Assembly (NCBI GenBank): GCA_907165135.1
Contig: OU015567.1
Location: 8,060,001 to 8,124,000, forward strand
Length of the DNA stretch: 64,000 nt
Direction: 5' to 3'
Source: Oikopleura dioica
Lineage: Eukaryota; Animalia; Chordata
Below, piece after piece: positions 24,943 through 37,574 of this stretch. Under the pieces are notes generated by a model. That model did not search any database. It saw only the letters and a program-made list of their open reading frames with translations, and was not told the DNA's origin. The number at the start of each line of letters is the position of its first letter. Within the stretch, counting starts at the first letter, position 1. The translations under genes were made by a program, and so were the position numbers.

Positions 24943-26691
24943 TCATGAGTTTCCTACAGCTTTGAACGGTTTCCTTATAAACTGATCAAGGAGGTCGCTT
25001 TCTATACTGACCCATTGGAAAGGGATGCTGAAAACTCCATGCCTGAACACGTGTACCTTTTCATCTGTGCCAGTTGGCGTCGGCAGCCGCTCCTGGCTTT
25101 TATCATACGGGCGAATAATCACTAAACTTTTTGTAAATGCAGTAAAAACCATCATAAGCTTACTGAGAGCACTGAGGAAGGTGCTTCCGGCTGCAACGAG
25201 TCCTGCGAAGAACCCGTTTCCAAATGCGAATTTAGCCTCGATTCCCTCGTCGTGCTCGTGCTTATTTTCTTCAGCCTCGTATCTGTTTTCCATGCTTTAA
25301 TAATTAATTCAGACAAGCGTTCTCTATTCCTAGACATTCATGAAGCATGCAAAGATCATGGAATCAAATCACGCGATCATGATATTCTTTTGGGAACGAG
25401 ATTAAACATCTTTCCTAGCTAACCTTGAGTACCAAAGGCAGGCCACAGACATCATCATGGAAGAAGCGATGATTATTGTTCCACTAGGGAGGATTATATT
25501 TACATTTTTTCATAAAATTTTCCACGATAACCGCACTCATCCACGACATTTATAATTTATTTATTATCAAGATTAGCATAAAGCTTGACGGTTAAGCCTT
25601 GATCTACCTCAATAAGATCAAAATATTTTTTCTTCGTAGATATTTTTTATTTGGATGATATTGCGTCGCTTGAATTTGATTCTTTTTTCCGCATATTGAA
25701 CAGCCAAGGTCGTATAAAAATATATTTCAATATAAAATATATTCAAGGGCAATGCCCATTCGAAATTTAAAAAACCATTCCTTCAATTGCAAGCTGCTCA
25801 TTTTGAATACCAACCATGCTGAGCACGCCTCCAAATGCGGATAGGATGATAAAGCTTGAATTATTATTTATGAATTCTGTTTTAACATTTCCCATGTGTT
25901 GGAGATGAATATATTATTCGAACGTACCATATGACCATCGATCGACAGGCTAAATAATCACTGCAAGAATTGTTCGCAAAACGCTGTTACCTTTCAATAC
26001 CACATTGACAAGAGGAAGAATTGAGCTCGATCTATTCCCAAGGATGACATATGTATTCCAGTTTTCATCTCTATCAAACAAAGCTACTTATAAATACGAA
26101 AAAGGTTACTTAATGTCGCGAAAACCATTTGGTTTTTCGTAGCAGTGGTCAGTTAGTTTTTCAGTTGTTATTCGTGTTAGTAAATTTACCCCATCAGAAA
26201 CAAAAATGAGCGATAAAAAATGGTCTTCCATTTTCGTGCCTGTCATTTTTCATATGTTACCCCTGTATGTAAGACGAGCAGGCGAAATTCGAGATCTCAC
26301 TTTTCCACACGCATTCTTCCCAAAGACCTAAAGCCGGGATTAAACCAAAACATAACAAAAATGAAAGTACCTTTATAGCCAATTTGAAATGGTTTTACTG
26401 ATGAGTTCAGATGATCATCTACAAAATCATCGCTTTTAAAATGTCGCTCTACCGTCCACGAGGGCTTGAAAAGTCAGATGCATATTTTAACTCCTTGCTT
26501 GACAAAAATCCTTAAAAAAATCTGCACCGTTCATGAAGACAAGCAAAAACACCCATTATAGATCCGAACCAGCAGAAGACAAGCCCCAAAAATTGAACGT
26601 TTTCAAAACACTGCTCATTTTTCTTCGATTTCATATTCTCTGAGAAAACAATATCGTCGCTTTCATTCTCCAAGGGAATTTTCCGTGCCAT
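24943..26691 (-). CDS. Claudin-family tetraspan protein, multi-exon
   Basis: Hand-spliced: TM1 VQFLGLVFCWFGSIMGVFAC; W...GLWEECVWK...AC signature (about 26290-26340); ACRSMVI-CFIILSAFGGVLSMVG (TM2); TM3 GTIIIASSMMMSVACLWYS; KFAFGNGFFAGLVAAG (ECL2/TM4). Confidence 0.75.
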
Positions 26692-27209
26692 CGTGTTGCA
26701 ATTGCAAAAGTTAATTAAGGCTGTCGGCATTAATTAGGTTCAATTCGAGGAGACGCCACTTCAAATAACGCCCTCCTTAAATATTCTGCGCTAATTACAC
26801 TTCGCAGTCTGATTTTTCAAATCTACTCTTGTAGTTATAAATATTGTACTATAGACTATAGTAGTAGTATCTGTGTTCTGGAATCTTCGTTGATTTTTGC
26901 TTCAAGCAAAAATCGAACAGAAACGAATGAACTGGCGGAGAGACAGTCCTCGTGATATCGATAGGATGATAAAATATGTTTCCATTGCCACAGTTTCTTA
27001 ACGCAAGAGCTGACAGATTGGCGAATTAGCTCCTCCATGGAATCTCCTTTCTCTACACAAATTCGGATATCCTACTGCTCACGTGAAGATCTTCACGTGT
27101 CGCTTCCACCCATTCGCAGTATTTGACGTAAAAACCGTATTTTAATACATGATAACACTGCTGTCTACTCGAAAATAGAATAAAATTTGAAGGTTTGAAA
27201 AGATTTTTA

Positions 27210-30200
27210 TTATGACTTTTCGGCAGCTGTTAAAGAAGAGAGAAGAGTTCCGGACAACGGGCATACGAAGGGTGAGGCGGCAGCTGAGGGTAGGCAAACA
27301 TATCTAGGGAAAATTAAGTTTCCTTTTTTAGGGTCAGGGATCCACAAGTATAGCCAGATGTGCTTGTAGACTTGTGGAGACTCACCCTTTAGGATAAAGA
27401 TAGAAATCATCTTGTATCCTTTTACCGGACACTTTGCACTGGTTATTCCTCCAGTTTTCCTCTGATCTTTCGAGCATAATATTTTTGTCCTTTATGTCTT
27501 CCATTACTGTGAGCAATGTCTCCGTCTTAATCACTATAACCATGTTCTAAGTGAGATAAAACTACCAGAAGAGCATTCTGCGTTTGAATAATTTTGGATC
27601 GATGAGAAGAAGCTGCAGATATGGCCCTCATGATTTTGGAATATTTGGAGATCGGAGCATCAGCTGGAAGAAGATTCAATATCGCTTTTCCGTCGATATA
27701 TTTTCCGAATTTGCCTTAATATGAAACCAAGTTAAGATGGTCTTTCGAAGATATGATGGGCAGTAAGATGTTCATTTCCGACCGGAAGCAAACTTTTACC
27801 GAGAAAGTCGACTGTCTGAGGAAAGTCATTTTCCAGAAGATATTCGGCTAGTTCCGTTAACGCATCTGGGCCTCTTCTGAAAGTAAATTCCTCAAGCTCT
27901 TCGAAATATCCGCCGTTTATGAGAGGCTTGCGTAAAGTTGATCAAAGAATTTACTACACTAAATTACTCAAAAATAGAATAAGAATTTTTTGGGGGAAGT
28001 TTCATAAAGCTGTCAGTCTTTCCACCAAAGATAATATCCGGGTCTTCGATCTCTTCCTGAAACGTTAATTTTCTTTCCCCGACTTCGCCAAAAACGCTAC
28101 ACTTGGCCAGTAAGCCATGAACACTTGTGCCAAAGTCCAATTCCATCAATTTCTTTGCTCGAACGAATTTCCAAGTTTCAGGGTTTTCCGTCAAATGTAA
28201 AAACTTCTTGAAATCTTTTTCCTTTTTTGGTTAATCCGAGAAAACGGAGAAACTCCTAACTAGGAATTATCTAACTGTACAAGCGACTAACCGTTCCCTT
28301 GTAATACTCTTTGAGGAGTTCCTCGTACACGAACTTTTTTGTTGTCGACTGCTCAACAAGATGTTCCAAGTAACGAATTTTCAGAGCTCTTGACTTTGTG
28401 ATCTTCTTCATCACAACTTGATCGCTGACATCGGTAGCCTTGATAACTCGGAAAGCCAATTCGGGGCTGACAACGATGATTTCGTCCAAAAACGAAATGA
28501 AGGTCTCAAGAACTGACGGATCATTTGTTTGGGAAAGGATGAAATTGATGAAATCTTCGATTTCGTGACTTAGGGAGTTCTCTTTCGTGTCTTCAGAAAT
28601 TATTTGAAGAAGTCGTTTCAGTGATTTTTCATGGTCGCCGGAAAACCAAAGTATCTTTGCTTTTTTAAGAAGCTACAAATTTACTTCCTTCTTCGAAAAT
28701 TTATAATTTTTTTTGAATGAAGACTAGACTGAAGTGCCTGGAACGCAGCCAAATATACGCCGGCCTTATACATCTACTACCTTTTTCTTCGTATTCATAA
28801 TCAAGTAGCTCTACCTAGCGGAAATACCAAGTCCTGGTCGCCATCTTGAAACAGGGAAAGTAAAAAGTCCCAAGAAATGGAAATTCCCGAGAAGAAAATC
28901 TCATCTATTGCACGAGATAGGACTTTGGTATCCTTTTGATTGATCAGCATTTCGAGGTACACATCGCAAATGAGGGAGGAACTCGTTTTAGTGAAAGTGT
29001 CGATTGAATTCAGCATGAAATATTTGACTGCGTTTTCTGAAGCTACTCGTTTTGAGAATTTTTCCTCGATAGGCTGAATGAACTCGTCATCATTCTCGCT
29101 TTTCATAATATAACCTAACCTCCGCGTCCTTAATCTGCAGATGGCTGGATGGAATCTTGCCGTATTTCATCAGCGTCCTCGAGATTTCCTCGAAATTTAT
29201 GCCACACTGACCAAAGAACGTCTTGGCTTCATCGAATCGTCCCATAGAAATGGAAACAAAGCCGGCGGAAGTAAGAATTTTCTTGGTCCAGAGATTAATA
29301 TCGTCTTCGGACATTGCGGGAGACGTCTCCCGAGCTTTCAAAATTTCCGCCATCACTTCCTCCACGCAGTTATTTTCGAGAAGATGGAAACAGATTTTGT
29401 AAAATGGCTTTCTCGGGCTGTTGATTTGGTTAAAAATTTGTTTGAAAATCTTCCATATTTATAGAATCATCGATAAATCACTATTTTTTCGAACAGCCTG
29501 GCAAGGAGGAAAGTGAATAGACAGCATCTCTAGTTGCGCAAAGTTGTATTCTCCCGCTTTCGGAAAACGCAAGAGTTCGGATTTCCGGTATTGGGAGGAT
29601 TTGTCTCTGAGTTAGATCTGAGCTTTCACCCTCTCCAGACTCTTCTTCATAGACCGTTAAAAATTCTCCTTTATTCGGTTTGTCTCGGTTTGAAAGCGAA
29701 TTTAGAGTGTAAATTTATTCGATGTTGAAATCGCTTGACCCTGTTGTGTAAACTTTACACTGTAAAGATCAATGTTAAAAGTTATGCTGGTGAATGAGGG
29801 CTCAAGAATCATGATCACGAGATTATACCGTTCCTCCTCCAGCGCATAATTTACTGCCAATGGAAACGATGAAATCGGATGTCGAGTCAAATTGGAGTGG
29901 TGGTCTCGTGGGGGCACCAGTATCAGTAGAGATGAAGATTCCAAGGCGCCCTGGGCCAGATAGAATGAAGCTATCATCCTCAGCAAAGACCGCTTTTTTA
30001 CGGAATCAAAAAATAGATAAATCATAAATGGTGCTACGAGCTGGTATCTGTTGACGGTGACGCTCAATGTCAGACTAAGTGAGTCGTCTTTTGGAATTTC
30101 TGCCGTAACTGGATTGTCTGACATTCAATCGAGTTCCGCGCAAAAAGTATCTAGATAAAAATATCTTTCTTACGCCACAAAATTTGTTTTCTTATCCCGT

Positions 30201-30908
30201 AGCTATAGGAGCATCCTTCTCAGAAAAATTGAGGAGAGGAGTAAGGTTCTTTGAATTTAAATCCAGTAGCTTATAGTGAGTCGGAAATTGGATCAACGCC
30301 GATGACTTGTGGCAGACAATTTTTCCTGGCGGCTCTGGAAAGTTGTACTCGTAGAGTGGCGTTATTGAATTGCTAGCATTGAGAAGCACATTGACTCTTT
30401 ATTGAAATCAACGACGATTACCTCGGAGAAAGTCGAAGTAAAGCAGCTGCTTTCTTCTTTTGAATCGCGATAAAAATCTCAACATCAAGCGAGCTTCCAT
30501 TCGTCGCCGAAGCATTGATGTAGAAATCGGAAACGTTTGTCAGTTGACTCTGTTTGCCAGTTATAATAGTCAAGGAATCAATGTCCAGAATAGAGAGAAC
30601 TCCGTCAGTCGTGAGGATCAGGACACGGGACTCGTCTAGCGCTTGAACCTTTTTCAGCGGCTTGCGGATTCCGAGATGTTTCTTGGCGACAAGTTTGCTT
30701 CCATCAAAAAGGTAACCGATCGAGGCGTTCGTGGATATAAAGATCTTGCTGTGGCAAATGGTCAGTCCTTCAAGATGAATTCTTTCCTTCAACATGGTTC
30801 AATATTTTTGTTGCACTTTGAAGCTAGAAATCAAAGAAGAACCCTCATCTTATCGCATCCAATTGCGTCGGGAGGAATAAGGAGCTCCAAGTCAAAGACC
30901 CTCGCCAT
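27210..30908 (-). CDS. TGFBRAP1: TGFBRAP1/Vps3-like CORVET subunit (CNH domain, helical repeats, C-terminal Cys motif)
   Basis: ERIHLEGLTICHSKIFIST and KHLGIRKPLKKVQALDESRVLILTTDGVLSIL resemble the TGFBRAP1 N-terminus. C-terminal CKVSGKRI...VCP. VPS39 is not fully excluded. Confidence 0.7.
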
Positions 30909-31093
30909 TTATGAGACGGAAATACGGGTTCGTTTCTCGCTATTCTCGGTTAACGCTCTCGAGCCTTCTAAAACGTGATTTTGTTATTGTAAAAATAATC
31001 ATTTATTGATTTTATGATATACTCTTGATCATTCCCTAAAAGAGTGACCGAGAAAGATGTAAGAGCTCGTAAGATCTCTGGAAGACGAGGAGG

Positions 31094-31337
31094 CTATTTT
31101 CGGTGTTTTCTTACAATTCTTTCCTGTAATTTTGGAGCGTCGACAAAAGGAAAACCACGAGGGCAAATGGCGAACATCTTTCCTCTTGCGAAAAATAAAC
31201 ATGAGAAACAATTAGAGTCTTAGAGGAATCTGGTATCACTGGATAAATTTACTGAGAATTCTGTACAACAGAAACTGTAGTAACTAAATAAATTTATTTT
31301 GGTACCTTTTCATGTTTTCGCTAAGATTAAGGTACAT
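31094..31337 (-). CDS. Possible very small spliced ORF of unknown function
   Basis: Two GT-AG introns join MYLNLSENMKR-ILSKFIQ-GKMFAICPRGFPFVDAPKLQERIVRKHRK*. No homology recognised. Confidence 0.3.
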
Positions 31338-31684
31338 CCCGGGGGTGATAGCCCCACTAATCAAAGTGTGAAGAACTATTGGTAATTTAGGACTGTAAAG
31401 TTAAGCAATTTAACATTAGATATCGTTTCTATTGTTCACTTCCCAGTATAAAATTTCTTAAAATTTTGACCTTATCGACAATAACTTATGGTTTTTCTGC
31501 AGAGCTCGTGAATGTGTGGTAGCGCTTTCGGATGAGCTTCTCTGATTGGATAAGCGCGAAAGGCGACGCGCGATCCCGAAATCGCCAGGCCGCGCAATCA
31601 ATATTCAACTCCCTCGGGGACATCCAAATTCATAAAATTACAGTACAATAAGCGGGGTATCAGAGAAATCCTTTCCGGCGAACG

Positions 31685-34236
31685 ATGGATGATGCTCTTC
31701 CTGTATGTTTCAATATAATTTTATATCATTGCTATAATTAAGTGCATTATAATCTTTTATTCTCTCTTTATCTTTTTATATTTTTCTTTATGAATAGCAA
31801 AAAAATGCAATTAGTTCTATATTTAGCTGGAGAATGTCAAAACGCTCATCGAAGATGAAACAGTAAAAGTCGAAGTCATCGAAGAAATCGAAAATACCCC
31901 CCAATATGGCGATGACGAAGTCGCCGTGAAGCTTGAATATGCGGAAGACCCTCCTCCGACGGCAGCTGTCGCCCCGACGCCAAAGAAAACTCGCCGCCTG
32001 CCATCAATCCTGCAGAAACGAGCGAAGAGACCTAAGATTTCCAACGGAGCTCAAGCTGGTCGCACGTCATCAACACTGATGTCTGCAGCACAATTCCAGT
32101 CGAATTCGCCATCAGCACAAGATGTCAATTTAGCGAGCCGCATCCTGCCAATGCCACGGCGGAATGGAGTGCCATCTGCGCTGGATGGAAGTCCTCAGCA
32201 AAAGCGGATTATCTTGCCGAAACCTAGAGCAGCTATTCAAGGAATCGCCATAGGAAATCCAGTCAAGATCAAAGTTAATGGAGTTCGAAAAACATCAACC
32301 GATTCTGACAAGTCCGACAAAATCGCGTCAACGGCTCTTCATCCCCAGCTGAGCCAGCCCGTCATAACCTCTCCGCCCGAGCTCGAAGTAAAAACTCCAG
32401 ACCCGCGGGAAAAGATGAGGCCAGGAGAAGACTCAAGCCTGAAAGTAACGGGGCTGATGAAAATCAGCGGAACGGACCACTGGAACTTCAAATGGGATCT
32501 CACCGGTAGAGAATACTGCTCTCGCTGCAACAAAATCCACAACGTCGATGAGAAAGCAGTAGATGATGATGAGGGAGGTTTTCATATTGGAAATTCTGTC
32601 GCGAAGAGTCACAAATGCGTTGTCGACACGGTATGGAAAAAAGATTTTGCCGTCGAACTAGTCTTCCTCAAAGTAATTTATGTAACCATTCTTCAGTGTG
32701 GAATCTGCGGAATGGAATTAACGGGCGATTCAGAACAGCTACGTCTGCGACACATTCTTCACTGTGAAAAGGAAGAAATAGAAACTGTTCGGGGAAAAGG
32801 TAACGTAGCAGAGACACGTACAGAGGAGGTTAAATTTGTGGATAATTTTAGCCCTCTACATCGCGGACAAGGGAAAAGAGAGACGTCAATGCCGGATTTG
32901 CAATGAAGACTTTTCCAACATGATGCCCTCCGTGGAATATAGTTATTTCCGAAGACATTGCGCTTCACATGTCATCCCGGATCATATTGACGGTCAAAAG
33001 TTCTTTTACAGATGCTTCTACTGCCCAGAAAGATACAAGAGGTTTGACAAAAATTACCCTTGAAACGAATGAGATACCAAATGTTCTTTAGTAAGATGAC
33101 TTATGTAAATCATCTTTTCTACCATTACCAAAATGGTGTCCACTGCGCAGACTGCCATTTTCTATCGCACGAAGAAGGAGAAATGTTTCTACACAAAATA
33201 TGCCATGGGAGAGCCACGTGTCCTTCTTGTCAGGGATAAAGTATCTTTTGATAAAAATTACGGATGCCAAGATGTGGTTTTCCGTAAAGAACATCTTGTT
33301 GTTTACTATCGCTAACGCTTCTTTTTCTGTGGAATTTACCATAGAGTATTAATGTAGAATATGAACATTATATTTATCCCTCCAAAGCTGTGCCATCTTT
33401 CTCGCGAGTGACGGCTACACGACGGAATCGCTCAAACTTCACTGGCAAAGTTGTTATCACAATACTGTCGCGAAAATGAACAAATGTGGCTACTGTGGCA
33501 AGGGATTCAAAGATCCCTTTTCGCTCAACGACGAATGGCGCATGGTCGAACATTTGATGCGTTGCGGCGGAAAGCATGATAAGCGAGGGGTGAGGAAGAC
33601 GGAATGCTTGGCTTGCGGAAACGAGACCGAGTTTGAAAAGAGCGTAAAGAATCACGCTCTGCTCCATGTTTTGCCAAATGCGACCGAGGATAAGCCTCTT
33701 GCTTGCCCGATTCCTGTTCCCTGTTGTTTGAATCAATGCGGGCGAGTATTTTATGATAGAACAAGGTAGAAGAGGCAAAGCTCTTTCTTTCCAATCAAAT
33801 CTTTTTCAGTCTTTACCAACATGTGCTTGGAAGCTTCAACAAACGCCAATGTGCAGCTCATCAACGAGAGGAGTGCCTGAACCGCCTTCTGGATCAAACT
33901 CCTGCTGCCCTTACTTTCCCCGACCAAGATAATTCGCCAAGAGAAGAAGAAACACAAATCGTCCCGAAAATTTCGCCTGTCCCAGAAGAGAGTTCCAACG
34001 CCTCCAACAATTATTCAAGCTCCACTCACTGCCTCTCAATTTCTCCAAAGTGCCCAGTTTCCGGCGTCAAGCCAATCTAAAAGGTTTCATCTATTCACCT
34101 CATCCTCTTTCGTTCCTAAGTCTTCTTCAGTGCACCTGCAACACCCGTGAAAATCCGCCGGCCGAATATTCTGAGAAGAAAGCCAAAACCGCCAAAGAAA
34201 CAAGACGTTAAAGTAGAGCTGTTAGAATCTGCCTAA
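31685..34236 (+). CDS. Multi-zinc-finger protein (divergent C2H2 and C2HC fingers) with a disordered N-terminus
   Basis: MDDALP|LENVKTL... start. Fingers CGICGMELTGDSEQLRLRHILHC, CRICNEDF...RRHCASH, YRCFYCPE, CGYCGKGF...HLMRC, CLACGNETEFEKSVKNHALLH, CLNQCGRVF..LYQH. Confidence 0.8.
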
Positions 34237-35268
34237 AAATATTTCTCATATCTGTAAATACTATTGTATCTAACTCTTATTATACCACATTTACTAAATT
34301 AAGATAATTTACGATCCTTAAAGTTCTTCAACACTGTGGTTGAAATAAACAGAAACAAAGCTGGAAATTTATGTTGAAGTCCTCTCTCTTGATCTTAAAT
34401 TTATCTGTCGAAAGAAGGAAAAACGTATTTAAAAATATACGAATTCCCTTACGATAGGTATAAGACGGAAAGCTTAACGGAAAGAGGCCAACTGTCGCGG
34501 TTTCTCCAAATAAGGTTGCTTTATAGACGACAGTCCGCCAGTCTTAACTTTTGTCAAAATATGAAGCATCAGAAATAACGCACAAAATTATTTCAGGTGT
34601 TATCCTGAAGCATATTCATGACACGCAAAATGGAAAACGAAAGAAGAACCTTTTCGCGTTCTGAGTAAGGAACTACAGAACAAGGTGCTTGCCAGATAAA
34701 TCAAAGAGTCACCGAGCTTCTCCACATCAGTATGAATCATCATACTACATAATCCGGGTTTTTAAATATCTACAGTGTAGTCATCAGGAAGGACTGTGCA
34801 CTGCAACTGTTTCGAAATAATCCACAGACAACATACATGTATCTTAGTACATTCATCTAGCAGACGAAGGCAAATGCCTTCGTGATAGACTCACGATGAG
34901 GCTTCGAATAAAAATCTAGACAATATAATAGTTTATTAATAATGAAGCCTCGAAGGTTGACTTTCACTTCTTTTTTCTTTGTTACACTCTTTCTAGTACT
35001 CAAGATGATTCCAAAACATCCGTTACGCTTAAGGTTAACTGAAATAAACAAATTCTAAATTTCATTCACCAATTTGTCCATTTGTCAAACAATAAGAGCG
35101 AATTCGTTTTTAAAGAATTTCAAACGCGGAGAGTGATTGCTTGAAGAAAGAATGACAAGAAGTAGTTTTTGAATGATCAGGAGATTGTATTTGATTCGGA
35201 ATGTTTGCAAGTAAATGTACAATGGTTATAAATAGAGTTCAAGTGAAAGAGGCGGCTTTTCAGATCGT

Positions 35269-35496
35269 TTAGTAAATGATGGAGTTGCTGGGTCGGAGAT
35301 AAGCGTTGCAGCAGTTCATTTCTGGGTTGAGAATGATCTTGCATTTGCTGACGGTTTTCTGGTAACCAGGTCGGTTTTGGGAAACGACTTCGTCGCATTT
35401 GTTGCAGACATCGAAGTTGCAAACAGATGATTTAGTGATGAATCGAGAGGCGCTTGTGATTTGGATAAGAGCGAAGAAGAGAGCGAGGAAGTTCAT
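35269..35496 (-). CDS. Secreted six-cysteine peptide, copy A (75 aa, single exon)
   Basis: MNFLALFFALIQITSA signal-like peptide, then C-x4-C-x2-C-x17-C-x9-CC. 67 of 75 residues identical to the copy at 43870-44097. TATA-like TATTTAAA upstream. Confidence 0.8.
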   Translation of the reverse strand: MNFLALFFALIQITSASRFITKSSVCNFDVCNKCDEVVSQNRPGYQKTVSKCKIILNPEMNCCNAYLRPSNSIIY

Positions 35497-35679
35497 TTTT
35501 AAGCTGTTTTTGGTTGTTGTGGTATGCCTTCTAGCCTCGCTGACGGCCTTTAAATAGCTTCTGCGTAAGTATGATTTGGTGAGAGCGCTCTCGGACTCAC
35601 TCACTTGAGGCGCTCCGGGTGAAGCAAAGAGGATCTTTTTTACCTGAATCGGAAAGAATGCAAGGGTGATGGGTTCAAC

Positions 35680-36320
35680 ACTTCAACTTGAAGAGCGAGA
35701 AATTTTTACGGCAATGGATATTCAAACACCTGTAATAACGATCGTAATAACTTCCAAATGTACTGCCAGAAAGATCAAATTTTCTATTCGATACGGTGCT
35801 CCTGTGCCTAACGACCATAGACTGCAGTTATGTGGAATCAAATTAGACATATCTTGTTTATCTTTAGCGATCATGCCTTATTTCTTTCAGATCAAGGCCG
35901 TATGAAGTCGGAGACGAATAGATGGTCAAGGACTTCATCATTTAGTCCAGACACGCGAACGAAAAACTAGGAGTTAAAAAGCGTCATTAACTTCTTGTAC
36001 TCGCCAGGTAAATCGACGAGTCACCGAGCGCAAGCATCATGAGTATGATTTGGATTCTTTTTGCAAATCTTTAATCTTTGAGAAGCACTGTGAAATGCTC
36101 AAAAAATTCCAGAAAGCAAGGCTCATTGGAAGACTCAGGAAGACATGTCATACATTTAAAATAATAATGTTGAACGTGTGATTCCCTGATTCTTCGATGA
36201 TTTCACCTAAAATAGAATGCGAAAATTAAGCCTCCTACAATCGTCATTATGACGATTCGGCATATATTATACCGTATAATTTATACGGTATGTGACGTAT
36301 TCCAATGATCGTTTCATGGA
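35680..36320 (+). pseudogene. Decayed duplicate of the MCMBP 3' region (penultimate exon plus flanking introns)
   Basis: Aligns with the reverse complement of about 44510-45060. RSRPYEVGDE*MVKDFII*SRHANEKLGVKKRH*LLVLAR versus intact RSSPYEVGDEQMVQNFIIESRRANEKLGVKELHQLLVLAR. Stops at 35919, 35943 and 35988. Confidence 0.9.
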
Positions 36321-36448
36321 CCATGCCGCATGGTCCTTGCACTATTCTCCTACGAACGCGACCACTCTAACTCTGCCACTTCGATAAATGTGTGAGCTAC
36401 AACTAACAGATCTGGGACTATAAATGCAAAGTTGAAACAAGCTGCACA

Positions 36449-37330
36449 TTTATATTGAAGTTGTATTAAACTTGTTAAACAAATCGATCTGTTGCAAAAT
36501 AACTGGATGCATGTCTTCCGGTGGCATTTGTCGATTCATGAAGTGATTTTGATAAACGCCGTTCGGGTTGATTAGATAAATGACAATCGTGTGGTCAAGG
36601 AGATACTCGCCCTCGTCACTTTTAGGTCCAACGCTAGAATTTTTTTTTTTGGCGAAAGTTTTACGAGCAAATTTACCTAAAGTAAATCTTGTAGTTTTTG
36701 CACATTTGCTTGATTTGCTTCGATGAACCAGTAAGACCCAAAAAGGACGGATAATCTTAATTAAAATTAATATTCTAACATAATATGAGAATTAATATTC
36801 TACCTTCAAGATAATAAGCAAGATTCTCGGGAGTATCTCGCTCAGGATCGATTGTGACAAAGACAGGCTCAAGATCTGGAAGATCTGCATTCTTCTTTCG
36901 CGCGTGATCGTGGATTTCCTTGATGTCCATTATTTTTTCCATTGTTTCGGGGCAAATGTCTGGACAGTGGGCGAAACCGAAATACATTAGGAGCCATTTT
37001 CCTTTTAGATTTTCTTTCGTTACAACTAGAATATCACGATTTCAATGATGAAAACGCATTTGCGATAGAACCTGAGTTGTCGCGACAGTTAACAAGGGTC
37101 CAATCATTCCTCCCAATGTTGTACTGCTGTGTGTTATTCCACAAGTTTTGCTCTCGCTCCTGCTTGAGCTTTTCCTTTTTAAGCTCCTCGTCATACCAAT
37201 GCATGAAATACACTGAGCCCGCAACGAATCCAACAATCCCAAAACGAGTCGCAAGTGGAATTTTCCTGCTCGAGGGATTTCCACTTGATGCTCGAGCTAA
37301 GATCCTTCGAGAAAATGCCCGGTGCAGCAT
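36449..37330 (-). CDS. SCO1: Mitochondrial copper chaperone SCO1/SCO2
   Basis: Transit-like MLHRAFSRRILARASS, TM segment, YFGFAHCPDICP (CxxxC), PVFVTIDPERDT, DHTIVIYLINPNG. Confidence 0.93.
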
Positions 37331-37574
37331 TCTGAAGTTAAGGGGAAAGTAATAATGAAATAAAATGGAAAAGTCAAGGGCAGATGCGAAATTCGTCTCG
37401 CGCTTTTTAGATCTACACGTGCCAGACACAACTTCGTCGCATAAACTGAGTCCGTCATTTCTTGAAACTCCTAATAAGTTCCCGGGCGCGCAGATGGATA
37501 AATGTTAAATGAGTTGGTTGAGAGCTTGTCGAGACACGAAAAATAATCCAAGTAGAAAAGAAAAGTATTTATTC

